Source: Polyangiaceae bacterium
GTDB taxonomy: Bacteria; Myxococcota_A; Polyangia; Polyangiales; Polyangiaceae
NCBI GenBank assembly: GCA_044222475.1
Contig: JBGANF010000001.1
Location: 1 to 64,000 of the forward strand
Direction: 5' to 3'
Length of the DNA: 64,000 nt
Part shown: piece by piece, positions 10,148 to 21,445 of the stretch
How positions within the stretch are numbered: the first letter of the stretch is position 1
Layout of the letters: every line of letters begins with the position of its first letter
Translations under genes and position numbers: made by a program
Notes under the pieces: model-generated
What the model was told of the DNA's origin: nothing
The model's database searches: none
The model's input: the letters and a program-made list of their open reading frames with translations, nothing else

Positions 10148-12832
10148 ATGAGCGCCGCCCTCCCGCCGCCCGGCACCCAACGCGTCCTCTACCTCGTCGA
10201 TCTGTCGGGCTACGTGTTCCGCGCGTACCACGCGATCGCACCGCTCAGCTCGTCGCGCGGAGAGCCGACCCACGCGGTGCTCGGCACCGTGAACATGCTG
10301 CAGAAGGTCGTGAACGAGCGGAAGCCGGACATGCTCGCGGTCGTGATGGACTCGCGCGCGCAGTCGTTCCGGAAGGCGATCGATCCGCGATACAAGGCCA
10401 CGCGCCCGCCCGCCCCGCCCGACCTCGGCCAACAGATGAAGCGCTGCGAGGAGATCGTGCGCGCGTACAACATCCCGGTCTACGTCGAAGACGGCCTCGA
10501 AGCCGACGACTTGATCGCAGCGGTCGCCAAGCGGGCGACCGCCGAGGGCGTCAAGGTCGTCGTCGTGAGCGCCGACAAGGACATGATGCAGCTCGTCCAC
10601 GACGACGACGAGGACGTCGTCCTGTGGGACTCGATGCGCGACCGCGTCTATGGTCCGAAAGAGGTCGAAGAAAAGTTCGGTGTTCGTCCCAGTCAGGTAC
10701 GAGACCTCCTCGCCCTCACCGGCGACAGCTCCGACAACGTGCCGGGCGTCCCGAGCGTCGGGCCGAAGACGGCCTCGGATCTGCTGCGCGAGTTCGGCAC
10801 GCTCGACGGCATCTACCAGAACCTCGACAAGGTGAAGCGCGTCAAGCTCAAGGAGGCGCTCCAGAACAACGAGGCCGACGCGCGCCTCTCGCAGAAGCTC
10901 GTCACCCTCAAGGACGAGAGCTCGATCCAGTGGAAGGCCGAGGACCTCCGCTACGGCGGCGCCAACTCGGACGAGCTGCGCCGCCTCTTCCTCGAGCTCG
11001 AGTTCACGCGGCTCCTCGGTCTCGTCGCCGCGCCGAAGACCGTGAAGCGCAGCTTCTCCCTCGTGTCGACGCGGGCCGAGCTCGAAGCCCTCGCCGACCG
11101 CGCTCGCGCGTCGAAATCGCTCGCGATCTGGGCCGCCGCCTCGGACACCGATCAGAACCGAGCCGCGCTCATCGGGCTGGCGCTGTCGCCGGCCCCCGGC
11201 GACGGTGCGTACGTGCCGGTGTCCCACCGGTACCTCGGCGCGCCGAAGCAGCTCTCGCTCGACGACCTGCGCGCGGTCCTCGGACCGATCCTCGTCGACG
11301 AGGGCATTACCAAGTTGGGACACGAGCTGAAGACGAGCGAGGTCCTCCTCGCTCGTCACGACCTCCCGCTCCGCGGCCCCATCTTCGACACGCTCGTCAC
11401 GAGCTGGCTCCTCGACCCCGAGGCCCCGAACGAGATCAGCCTCCTCGCCAAGCGCGAGCTCGACGTCACGCTCCCGCAGATCGAGGCCCCGAAGAAGGGC
11501 AAGGAGTCACCCCTCGACAGCCTCGACGTCGAGGCCGCGAAGGAGATGCTCGCGCCGCGCGGCGAGGCCGTGCAGTCGCTCGCCGACCGGTTCCGCCCGC
11601 GCCTCGACACCGAGGGGCTCGGCGACCTCTGGCGCGACGTCGAGGCTCCCCTGTCGCGCGTCCTCGCGAAGATGGAGCTCGAAGGCGTCCTCGTCGACAC
11701 CTCGCGCCTCGCGAAGATCGGCAAGCGCGCCGAAGAGGAGCTCCGCGCGCTCGAGGCCAAGGCGAAGGAGCTCGCCGGGCACGACTTCGTGCTCCGCTCG
11801 CGCGACCAGCTGGAGGCGATCCTCTTCGACGAGATGAAGCTGCCGGTGCTCAAGAAGACGCCGAAGGGCGGCCGCTCGACCGACGCCGAGGTTCTCGAAG
11901 AGCTCGCGGTCGATCACGAGTTCCCGAAGGTCATCCTCGAGTTCCGCGAGATCGACAAGCTCAAGGGCACCTACGTCGACGCGCTCCCTCGGTACGTGAA
12001 CCCGAAGACCGGGCGGATCCACACGCGCTTCCACCAGGCCGGCGCCGCGACCGGCCGACTCGCGTCGAGCGACCCGAACCTGCAGAACATCCCGATCCGC
12101 ACGGCGCTCGGGCGCGAGATCCGGTCGGCCTTCGTCGCGCCGCCCGGTCAGCTGCTCTTGTCCGCCGACTACTCCCAGATCGAGCTCCGCGTGCTCGCCC
12201 ATTTGTCCCAGGACCCCATGCTCCTCGAGGCGTACCGCACGAACGACGACGTGCACGCGCTCACGGCGTCGGTCGTGTTCGGCGTCCCCCGCGCCGAGGT
12301 CACCCAGGACATGCGCCGCCAGGCGAAGACCGTGAACTTCGGCGTCATCTACGGCATGGGCGACGCGGCGCTCGCCCGTCAGCTCGGCATCGAGCGCAAG
12401 GAGGCGACGCGGTTCATCGAGAACTACTTCCTCCGGTACGAGGGCGTCGCGCGGTTCATGACGAAGACCGTCGACGCCGCCAAGAGAGGCGAGGCCGTTC
12501 GTACCATCTTGGGACGAAGGCGCTTCCTACCCAACTTGCACTCGGCGAACCGCGGGCTGCGCTTCGAGGCCGAGCGCATCGCAAAGAACACGCCGATCCA
12601 AGGGACCGCGGCCGACATCCTGAAGGTCGCGATGGTGCGTCTGGGGCAGCGTCCACCGCCCGGCGCCAAGATGGTCCTCACGGTGCACGACGAGCTCGTC
12701 TTCGAGGTCGAGGAAGCCAAGGCCAAGCCGATCGAGGCCGCGGTGCGGGAGGTCATGGAGGGCGCGATGAAGCTCGACGTGCCGCTGGTCGCCGAGGCGG
12801 GCACCGGCAAGAGCTGGGACGAAGCTCACTGA
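10148..12832 (+). CDS. polA: DNA polymerase I
   Basis: 5'-3' exo motifs (FRAYHA, EADD, GDSSDN), GRLASSDPNLQNIP, DYSQIELR, KTVNFGVIYG, VHDEL. Confidence 0.97.
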   Translation: MSAALPPPGTQRVLYLVDLSGYVFRAYHAIAPLSSSRGEPTHAVLGTVNMLQKVVNERKPDMLAVVMDSRAQSFRKAIDPRYKATRPPAPPDLGQQMKRCEEIVRAYNIPVYVEDGLEADDLIAAVAKRATAEGVKVVVVSADKDMMQLVHDDDEDVVLWDSMRDRVYGPKEVEEKFGVRPSQVRDLLALTGDSSDNVPGVPSVGPKTASDLLREFGTLDGIYQNLDKVKRVKLKEALQNNEADARLSQKLVTLKDESSIQWKAEDLRYGGANSDELRRLFLELEFTRLLGLVAAPKTVKRSFSLVSTRAELEALADRARASKSLAIWAAASDTDQNRAALIGLALSPAPGDGAYVPVSHRYLGAPKQLSLDDLRAVLGPILVDEGITKLGHELKTSEVLLARHDLPLRGPIFDTLVTSWLLDPEAPNEISLLAKRELDVTLPQIEAPKKGKESPLDSLDVEAAKEMLAPRGEAVQSLADRFRPRLDTEGLGDLWRDVEAPLSRVLAKMELEGVLVDTSRLAKIGKRAEEELRALEAKAKELAGHDFVLRSRDQLEAILFDEMKLPVLKKTPKGGRSTDAEVLEELAVDHEFPKVILEFREIDKLKGTYVDALPRYVNPKTGRIHTRFHQAGAATGRLASSDPNLQNIPIRTALGREIRSAFVAPPGQLLLSADYSQIELRVLAHLSQDPMLLEAYRTNDDVHALTASVVFGVPRAEVTQDMRRQAKTVNFGVIYGMGDAALARQLGIERKEATRFIENYFLRYEGVARFMTKTVDAAKRGEAVRTILGRRRFLPNLHSANRGLRFEAERIAKNTPIQGTAADILKVAMVRLGQRPPPGAKMVLTVHDELVFEVEEAKAKPIEAAVREVMEGAMKLDVPLVAEAGTGKSWDEAH

Positions 12833-12914
12833 ATCACCGCTTGCGGTGATTCAGTCTACGTACCTGGGGGAGGCGGCACGCGCCGCCTCCCCTCGTTCGG
12901 CGGAGCCGAACGAG
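12828..12914. repeat. REP-like GTAG-hairpin plus two further perfect GC-rich hairpins; may also act as a bidirectional terminator
   Basis: Minus strand GTAG-ACTGAATCACCGC-AA-GCGGTGATTCAGT (12859-12828); stems 12867-12892 (11 bp) and 12892-12914 (10 bp); lies between convergent genes. Confidence 0.7.
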
Positions 12915-12952
12915 CCTCCTCTCCACGCGGTCCCTCCGCTGCGCGTCGGGTT

Positions 12953-14158
12953 CTAGCCTGCGTTCACGCGCGCGATCGCCTCCCGCAGCGCGCCCTTGAT
13001 CTCCAACATCGTCTGCGGCGTCGGGATGGCGCGAAGCGCGAGCGTCACGCCGATGCCGCGAACGCGGCTCGCGTAGTCGAACACCGTCACCGTGCAACCG
13101 TTCGGCACCGCCGGTGGAGCGAACATGCCCGGCACGTAGGCGTCGGGATGCGCGGCCGGAAGGTCGTACCTAAATGGGATGAGCCCCCACGCCTTCCCGC
13201 GGGCGAGGACCGCCGCAGAGAACGACGCACCTGCGACGTCGCGCGCGCGCACCCGCGCGCTCTCGGGCGTGGAGATCTCGCGCCACACCTGCGGGTCGAG
13301 CCCCTCGGGTCCGGTCGGGCGGCCACGACCGCGACCGAAGAGATGATCCCAACCGGTGCTCACGCGCACGACGAACTCCTCGCCGACGAAGACGCGCCCG
13401 CGGAGGACGTCGCCGCGCATCCAGATGTCGTCGTTGGGGAGCTCACCGCGGTGGAGCTCTCGGTAGACTGGCGCAGCGTCGTCGACGAACGCGCGCGACG
13501 GCGCGGGCATCGAGCTCGTGGGGGTCGGCGCGCGAAACGCGGTGACGATCGCCTCCCAGCTCGGCTCCGGCTGAAAGTACAGCGTGTGATCGAACGGAGC
13601 GCGATCGTGGACCGCGCCGTCGTGCACGTGAACGGTCGGAAAGAAGACCGCGTCGCGCTCGCGCATGGGGAAGTCGAAGGCCATGGGGTGCACCTTCCGC
13701 GCGGCGCCGGCGCGCTTGAGCTTGAAGACGGCGAAACCCCAGTCCCCGTACTCCGGCAGCGCGCGCCACACGTCGTCACCGAGCCGGAAGCGCGCGTCGA
13801 GGCGCGAGAAGTCCGCGAGTGACGGCACGAACGACGCCTCGAAATCGCCGACGTCGTGGACGACGAGCGCCTTCGTGGGCGGGATCGCCGCCGGAGCGAG
13901 CCAGGCGCCGGCGCTCGACGGTGGCTTGGGGTACAGCGCGTCGAGGTCGTCGAAGAACTTCGGCGCCGACGACATGTCGATGAACGTCAGCGCGTGCTCG
14001 CCAGCCCCGCGCGTGACCGGGAGCGGAAGCACCATCGCCACGTCGGCATCGAAGCCGACCGTCATCCCGTACGCGAGCATCTGGCGGCCGTTCGGCAGCG
14101 CGCGCGCGTAGATGTTCGTCGACGAGACCTCGTGCACCCGGCCGGTGAAGCAACACAT
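12953..14158 (-). CDS. Hypothetical protein (DUF2330-like N-terminal region)
   Basis: AMVLPLPV, GFAVFKL, VHPMAF, FFPTVHVHDG; host-like codon usage. Confidence 0.6.
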   Translation of the reverse strand: MCCFTGRVHEVSSTNIYARALPNGRQMLAYGMTVGFDADVAMVLPLPVTRGAGEHALTFIDMSSAPKFFDDLDALYPKPPSSAGAWLAPAAIPPTKALVVHDVGDFEASFVPSLADFSRLDARFRLGDDVWRALPEYGDWGFAVFKLKRAGAARKVHPMAFDFPMRERDAVFFPTVHVHDGAVHDRAPFDHTLYFQPEPSWEAIVTAFRAPTPTSSMPAPSRAFVDDAAPVYRELHRGELPNDDIWMRGDVLRGRVFVGEEFVVRVSTGWDHLFGRGRGRPTGPEGLDPQVWREISTPESARVRARDVAGASFSAAVLARGKAWGLIPFRYDLPAAHPDAYVPGMFAPPAVPNGCTVTVFDYASRVRGIGVTLALRAIPTPQTMLEIKGALREAIARVNAG

Positions 14159-14180
14159 CGCGACCGAGAGCGTATCGCGG

Positions 14181-15284
14181 TCAGCCCGCGTCGATCTCCC
14201 GTTTCGAAGCCACCGCGCGACGCGCGACGACGATCCCGAACACCACCAACACTCCCCACACCAAGTCCATCGACGCCGGATTCATGCCTACACCCTCCAC
14301 GGCGCAACCGCGCCGACCGCTGCCTGCCGTCAAATCCACCGGATCGCCCGCCGCGGTCGGGACCGATCCCGGCCGCTCCTCCATCGGAGCCGCGCCCGCG
14401 TACGCGAACGCCTTGTTCACCAGATCGCGGTAGCCCGAAGGCTCCACGTACACGTGACCGCTCGCGCTCGCGCAGTCGTAGTTGCGACTCGCGACGCCGA
14501 GGATCGCTCCGGTCGCCCGCGCGACGACGGGACCGCCAGAGTCACCGTCGCAGTTGCTCTTGCCGAGCTCCATCTCCGCCGACCCGAGCGGCGTGCCCGC
14601 CTTCGACACGCCCCGCCCGTGCGCGAGGACCGGCATCGCGTCCGACCGCTGCCGCGTGCCCATCGCGAGGCCACGATCGTTCTTCCCGTAGCCGACGACG
14701 AACACGTCCTCTCCTGCGCGCGCCGCCCCCGACAGCCGCATCGTCATCGGAGTGATCGACGGCACCGACCGATCGAGGACGACGAACGCGACGTCCGCGT
14801 TGCACAGCGAGCTCCCCGGTGCACCGCTCGGCGCGAAGATCGTTCGTCCGGTCGCGACCGCCGGCCCCGACGTGCTCGGCTGCGACCCGAGGTAGACGTG
14901 CACCGCCGACGGCGCGACGTTGGCCGCGAGCTGCGCGCCTTGCGTCGCCTGACCGTCGACGTCGCACGTGATCGGCGCGGCGGTTCGATCGGCGACGCAG
15001 TGATGCGCCGTGAGCACGAGGTTCACCGCGACGAGCGAGCCGGTGCAGATCCGTGCCGTCGCTCCTTCGCCGATTCGGAGCGCGACGACGGATCCATCCG
15101 AGTCGTCGACCGTCCCACCGTAGATGGCCTCCGTCGAAGTCCCCGTCGCCTCCCCGGCATCGGCCGGCCCGCAACCCATCGCGAACGGTGCGAGCGCGAT
15201 CCAGATCCTGGGGGAAAGAAGGAGCGCCGCGAGGCCCTTCGACCTTCGCGCCGCGGCCGATTTTCCGAGGATCCCGAAAACCAC
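14181..15284 (-). CDS. Trypsin-like S1 serine protease, lipoprotein with MYXO-CTERM-like tail
   Basis: CTGSL..VLTAHHC, DVA, GDSGGP; lipobox AMGC; C-terminal GC + TM + RR; GTG start after GAGGAG RBS. Confidence 0.88.
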   Translation of the reverse strand: MVFGILGKSAAARRSKGLAALLLSPRIWIALAPFAMGCGPADAGEATGTSTEAIYGGTVDDSDGSVVALRIGEGATARICTGSLVAVNLVLTAHHCVADRTAAPITCDVDGQATQGAQLAANVAPSAVHVYLGSQPSTSGPAVATGRTIFAPSGAPGSSLCNADVAFVVLDRSVPSITPMTMRLSGAARAGEDVFVVGYGKNDRGLAMGTRQRSDAMPVLAHGRGVSKAGTPLGSAEMELGKSNCDGDSGGPVVARATGAILGVASRNYDCASASGHVYVEPSGYRDLVNKAFAYAGAAPMEERPGSVPTAAGDPVDLTAGSGRRGCAVEGVGMNPASMDLVWGVLVVFGIVVARRAVASKREIDAG

Positions 15285-15463
15285 GAGGGCTCCTCTTCCA
15301 CGAATCGTGCCGACCGCGCGCGCAAGTCGCCGACATCCGGAGGAAATGTCGCACATCGGCGCCACGCCCACGTCCGCCAGCATGGCAGCCAGTGCATCCC
15401 GCACGTGTCTCCCAGTTCACGATCGACCCCGACGCGGGATGCATTTCTCGGGAAGAACTGTTT

Positions 15464-15479
15464 TGGCTCGCGGCTTGCT
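15464..15479 (+). promoter_or_regulatory. sigma54 (-24/-12) promoter upstream of the Ser/Thr kinase operon
   Basis: TGGCTCGCGGCTTGCT with exact GG-N10-GC spacing. Confidence 0.65.
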
Positions 15480-15530
15480 CTCTGCGAGGTGCGGGGCGTA
15501 CGATGAAGGCTGCGCCCGCCTCGGACGCGA

Positions 15531-17123
15531 GTGGAACCCATGAGCACCGAACAACCGCCGGTCGCCGGTCTCGTCGCCGGCAAGTACGAGCTGATCAAGA
15601 TGATCGGGCGCGGCGGCATGGGGTCCGTCTGGGAAGGCAAGCACGCCACCCTCGGAACACGCGTCGCGATCAAGTTCATCGAGGCCGAGTACACCGACAA
15701 CGAGGAAGCCCGCAGCCGCTTCGACACCGAAGCGAAGGCCGCCGCCCAGCTCCAGTCGAAGCACGCCATCCAAGTCTACGACCACGGCGTCACCCCCGAC
15801 GGGAAGCCGTACATCGTCATGGAGTACCTCCAGGGCGAGCCGCTCGACAAACGCATCGAGCGCTATCGGCGCCTGCCGCTCCAAGACGTCGCGCGCATCA
15901 TGAGCCAAGTCGCGCGCGCCCTCGGCCGCGCCCACGAGCTCGGCATCACGCACCGCGATCTCAAGCCCGAGAACATCTACCTCGTTCGGACTCAGGACGA
16001 CGACGACGAGGTCGCCAAGGTCCTCGACTTCGGCATCGCGAAGATCAAGAACAACGCGCAGGATCACGGCGTCTCGTCGAGCACGAAGACCGGCGCCGTG
16101 CTCGGGACGCCGTATTACATGTCGCCCGAGCAAGCGCGCGGGCTCCGCACGATCGATCATCGCACCGATCTCTGGTCGCTCGGCGTCATCGCGTACAAGT
16201 GCGTCACCGGCGTGCTCCCGTTCGACGGCGAGTCGCTCGGCGATCTTCTCGTGAAGATCTGCACCGCGCCGTTGCCGGTTCCGTCGCAGACCGTGCCGGG
16301 TTTGCCGCCGTCGTTCGACGCGTGGTTCGCGCGTGCGCTCGACCGTGAGCCGACGCGTCGCTTCGCGACCGCGATGGAGCTGGCGGACGCGCTGTCGCTC
16401 GCCGCTGGAGTCAGCGTCCGCCGCACGGGCAACCACATCAGCCAGCCGAACCTGCCGCCGTACGGGCAGCCGGGCGGCACCGGCACGATGGCCGGAAGCC
16501 CGCCGATGATGGGTCAGGCGTCACCGGCACCCTACGGGCAGAGCGGTGGGATGCAGCCGGCGTACGGGCCCGGCACCGGAACGCAGCGCCCGTACGGAAC
16601 GCCGAACCCGTACGCTCAACCGATGGCGACGCCGCAGCCGGGCTACGGGCCGGGCGCGACGTCCGCCCCGTTCACCTCCGCGGCGCAGCCTCCGCCCAAG
16701 GGCGGCATATCGACTGGGATCATCATCGCCGCGGTCTTCGCCGGCATCCTCGGCATCGGGTTCGGCATCTTCGCTGTCGTGAAGTTCTCGAGCGGCGAAG
16801 CGAACGCGAGCGGCGGCGGCACCACGACCACGACCGTCACCGCGCCGACGTCTCCCCCGACGACGGTGCTCCCGATCCCGACCGTCGCCACGTCCGACAC
16901 GTCGCCCCTCGCGACGATCAACACGACCACGACCAGCCGACCGACCGCGACCGGCCGGCCGACCGCGACCGGCCGGCCGACCGCGACGACGACGACCACC
17001 ACCACGGCGACCACCACCACGACCGCGACGACCACGGCCACCACGACGGCGACGGTGAAACCGACCGCGACCGCCACGGTGACCGCTCACCCCACGAGCA
17101 CGGGAATCGGTCCGGGTTTCTGA
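15531..17123 (+). CDS. Membrane Ser/Thr protein kinase (Hanks type) with Thr-rich extracytoplasmic tail
   Basis: GRGGMG, VAIK, HRDLKPEN, DFG, GTPYYMSPEQ; TM helix; PTATGR repeats; start may be 15540. Confidence 0.95.
   Translation: MEPMSTEQPPVAGLVAGKYELIKMIGRGGMGSVWEGKHATLGTRVAIKFIEAEYTDNEEARSRFDTEAKAAAQLQSKHAIQVYDHGVTPDGKPYIVMEYLQGEPLDKRIERYRRLPLQDVARIMSQVARALGRAHELGITHRDLKPENIYLVRTQDDDDEVAKVLDFGIAKIKNNAQDHGVSSSTKTGAVLGTPYYMSPEQARGLRTIDHRTDLWSLGVIAYKCVTGVLPFDGESLGDLLVKICTAPLPVPSQTVPGLPPSFDAWFARALDREPTRRFATAMELADALSLAAGVSVRRTGNHISQPNLPPYGQPGGTGTMAGSPPMMGQASPAPYGQSGGMQPAYGPGTGTQRPYGTPNPYAQPMATPQPGYGPGATSAPFTSAAQPPPKGGISTGIIIAAVFAGILGIGFGIFAVVKFSSGEANASGGGTTTTTVTAPTSPPTTVLPIPTVATSDTSPLATINTTTTSRPTATGRPTATGRPTATTTTTTTATTTTTATTTATTTATVKPTATATVTAHPTSTGIGPGF
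16941..16987 (+). repeat. 18-bp coding tandem repeat (PTATGR), about 2.6 copies
   Basis: CCGACCGCGACCGGCCGG x2 plus a partial copy. Confidence 0.8.
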
Positions 17124-17211
17124 CCTCGTGACTCGCCCCGTGCCGACCTGGGGCGTCGAATGGAACTGCCCCTGCTCCGTCCATCCGGAGTAGGCTTGGC
17201 CACCACCCATC

Positions 17212-18618
17212 ATGCATCTCAAGCGCTCTTCGGCTTTCCTCCTGTCTCTGGTCCTCGTCGGCGCCGCGTCGCTCGTGACGTTGCCCGCCCAGGCGCAGCA
17301 GCAGATCTCCGACGCCGACAAGAAGGCCGCCCGTGATCTGTTCAACGACGGGGCGACGGCGCAGGCGGCCGGCCGCTACGGCGAGGCGCTCGACAAATTC
17401 CAGAAGTCGATCGCGGTGTACCCCGCCCCGACGACCGCGCTGCGCATCGCGCAGTGCAAGGCGAGCCTGAATCGCCTCATCGAAGCGACCGAGGACTACC
17501 GCTCGATCATCAACACGGCGCTCCCGCCAGGATCGCCGCCCGCGTATCAGCAGGCGAAGGACCAAGCGGCCGTCGAGCTCGCGGCCCTCGATCCGCAGGT
17601 CCCTCGAGTGAAGATCGTCGTGCTCCCCGAGCGCATCGCTGGGCTCCAAGTGCTCGTCGACGGCCAGCCGATGAACGTCGCTCTCCTGGGCGTCGCGCGC
17701 CCGATCGATCCGGGCAGCCACCGCGTCACCGCGAGCGCGCCGGGCTACGCGCCGGGCGAGGCGACCGTCGTGGCCGTCGCGAAGGCGGTTCAGATCCCCG
17801 AGGTGCGCATCTCGCTGAAGCTCGTCGAGAATGGTGTAACCTACACGGATCCCAACACGGGGACGGGGACGGGAACGGGCACCGGCACGGGGACGGGGAC
17901 GGGAACGGGGGCGGGCACCGGCACGGGCGGGACCACGTGGAATCCTCCGAGCGGCGGCGGCAGCGGCGGCTCGACCTGGACCCCGCCGTCGGCGGTGCCC
18001 CGGCCGCAAGACACGAACCTCGGCGTCGTCGTCGGCGCCGACCTCGGCTACGCGGGGCTCCTCGGTGGCGGCTCCGGCGTCGACATCTTCACCGACACCG
18101 AGCGCCTTTCATTCAGCGAGCTGTACAGCGGGAGCGCTGGCTTCGGGCTCAATGGCGGACTCCGCTTCGCGCGCAACTTCATCATCACCGCGCAGTTTCG
18201 CTACGACCTGATGTCGAAGACGACGACGGCCAACCCCACCATCGGCACCGGCAGCTACCAGGTCGGAGGCGTGCTCGGCTGGTTGGGGAAGAGCGATGGG
18301 TTCGGTTTCTACGCGGAGCTCGGAGCCTTCTACAAAGGCGTGAATTACGAGTACCGCGTGGTGAACACGAACAACGGCAACATCCTGAGCGGGCCTACCG
18401 CGGTGACCTCGGGAGGTCTCGACATCCTCCTCGGCATCGGCCTCCATTTCCGCGGCGGACCGATCCACATCATCCCGAAGGTGAACTTCGGCTTCGGCAA
18501 GTTCGCGACTGCGATCGACCAGAACGGCAACGCCACCGAGCTCCAAGGCGAGAACCTTCACGCTTCGTTCTTCGTCGGCCTCACCGGCTATTACGACATC
18601 CCCATCGGCGACAAGTAA
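17212..18618 (+). CDS. Secreted TPR + PEGA-like protein with C-terminal outer-membrane beta-barrel
   Basis: Signal peptide, TPR (ARDLFNDG..ALDKFQKS), PEGA-like VLVDG..IDPGSHRVTASAPG, TG linker, amphipathic beta strands. Confidence 0.75.
   Translation: MHLKRSSAFLLSLVLVGAASLVTLPAQAQQQISDADKKAARDLFNDGATAQAAGRYGEALDKFQKSIAVYPAPTTALRIAQCKASLNRLIEATEDYRSIINTALPPGSPPAYQQAKDQAAVELAALDPQVPRVKIVVLPERIAGLQVLVDGQPMNVALLGVARPIDPGSHRVTASAPGYAPGEATVVAVAKAVQIPEVRISLKLVENGVTYTDPNTGTGTGTGTGTGTGTGTGAGTGTGGTTWNPPSGGGSGGSTWTPPSAVPRPQDTNLGVVVGADLGYAGLLGGGSGVDIFTDTERLSFSELYSGSAGFGLNGGLRFARNFIITAQFRYDLMSKTTTANPTIGTGSYQVGGVLGWLGKSDGFGFYAELGAFYKGVNYEYRVVNTNNGNILSGPTAVTSGGLDILLGIGLHFRGGPIHIIPKVNFGFGKFATAIDQNGNATELQGENLHASFFVGLTGYYDIPIGDK
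17857..17928 (+). repeat. (Thr-Gly)n hexamer coding repeat
   Basis: ACNGGN units encoding TGTGTGTG... Confidence 0.8.
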
Positions 18619-18637
18619 CGGCTAGACTCCGCCGCCC

Positions 18638-19300
18638 ATGCGACGATGCGTGATCGCGAGCGCGGCCGTGCTCGCCCTTGCCCTTCCCACGGTGGCGTCG
18701 GCCGACGAGCCGCCGCCGCCGCCACCGCCGAACGGCGTGGTCGCACCGGCCGCGACGCCCGATGCGCACGAGATGCCGGACCTGCCGCCTCCGACCACGG
18801 CGAAGCAGCCCAAGGTCTCCACCTTCTCGCTGATGGGCGGACTGCGCCTTGGCGTCGTCCTCCCTGATCCGGGCAAGATCGCGGCACCGCCGGTGACGCT
18901 CGGACTCGACATCGTGGGTGAGGCCGGCGCGCGGTTCCTTCGCTACCTGTACGGCTCGGTCCAGTTCGGCGGGACGCTGTTCATCTCGCCGAAGGAGAGT
19001 GACAAGAGCGTGTCGTGCTGGATGCTCGGGACGACGGTCGGAGCCTTCACCAACCCCGACGGCTTCGGGCTACTCCCGACGATCGGCGTCGGCTACCGGA
19101 GGATCTCGATCACCGACGTGGCGGGCACGTCGCTGAGCGCGGGCTCGGTCGATCTCCTCGTCGGTCTCGCGCTCCACTTCAAGCTCGGCAAGGACGTGCG
19201 CCTGCTGCCGAGGGTCGACTTCGCGACCGGGAGCGCGAACGACTTCGCGCACTACCTCTTCACGGTCGGGGTCAGCGGGTTCTTCAACCACGACTTCTGA
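18638..19300 (+). CDS. Small outer-membrane beta-barrel protein
   Basis: Signal peptide, Pro-rich linker, amphipathic strands, C-terminal Phe. Confidence 0.65.
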   Translation: MRRCVIASAAVLALALPTVASADEPPPPPPPNGVVAPAATPDAHEMPDLPPPTTAKQPKVSTFSLMGGLRLGVVLPDPGKIAAPPVTLGLDIVGEAGARFLRYLYGSVQFGGTLFISPKESDKSVSCWMLGTTVGAFTNPDGFGLLPTIGVGYRRISITDVAGTSLSAGSVDLLVGLALHFKLGKDVRLLPRVDFATGSANDFAHYLFTVGVSGFFNHDF

Positions 19301-19316
19301 GGGTCCAGGCGAAGAG

Positions 19317-19344
19317 AACCGCCAGGATCGCCAGGGTCGCCAGG
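19317..19344 (+). repeat. Solo arm of the CGCCAGG short-repeat (MITE/REP-like) family
   Basis: AACCGCCAGGATCGCCAGGGTCGCCAGG; similar to the arms at 46088-46194. Confidence 0.5.
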
Positions 19345-19460
19345 TGAGGAGAGAGGGTTTTCTTTCTCTGCCGTGGTTTTTGACGCGGTGCGACACTCTG
19401 ATGCAACGAATTACAAGTCAGTGACAATCGTAAGTTCGCGGAATGCTTAGCTCCTGCACC

Positions 19461-21014
<1,554 letters not shown>

Positions 21015-21103
21015 AACATTCAGGTAGCGCTCGGGTGAAAAAAACGCTTACCATCCGATGAGGTAGGTCGTTCGAAGCTCATCCCTACAGGGGCGGTTAG
21101 CGC

Positions 21104-21412
21104 ATGACGAAGGCAGAGATCGTCCAAGCCATCTACGCGCGCGTAGGCGGGTTCTCCAAGAAGGAGTCCGCCGACATCGTGGACTTGGTCTTCGAGATGA
21201 TGAAGGAGACGCTCAGCCGCGGTGAGAAGATCAAGGTGAGCGGTTTCGGAAACTTCGTGCTCCGCGACAAGCGGCAGCGCCCGGGCCGCAACCCGCAGAC
21301 CGGCGATCCGATCAAGATCAGCGAACGCCGCGTGCTCACCTTCAAGGCGAGCCAGATCCTCAAGCAAGCCCTGAACAAGGCGGCCGCCGACGCGTCCGCC
21401 GAGAAGAAGTAA
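21104..21412 (+). CDS. ihfA: Integration host factor subunit alpha
   Basis: MTKAEI, SGFGNF, RPGRNPQTG, RRVLTFKASQ; followed by a MerR gene as is typical. Confidence 0.92.
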   Translation: MTKAEIVQAIYARVGGFSKKESADIVDLVFEMMKETLSRGEKIKVSGFGNFVLRDKRQRPGRNPQTGDPIKISERRVLTFKASQILKQALNKAAADASAEKK

Positions 21413-21445
21413 AGCGTTCCCAGGTCGACGGAGCGGAGCCGAGAG

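Noticed and set aside
15297..15312. Possible sigma54 promoter for the protease (minus strand CGGCACGATTCGTGG)
   Set aside because: The -12 element is GG rather than GC and lies very close to the RBS; too weak to call
16941..17928. Short tandem repeats as a CRISPR array
   Set aside because: In-frame coding low-complexity repeats with no spacers and no cas genes
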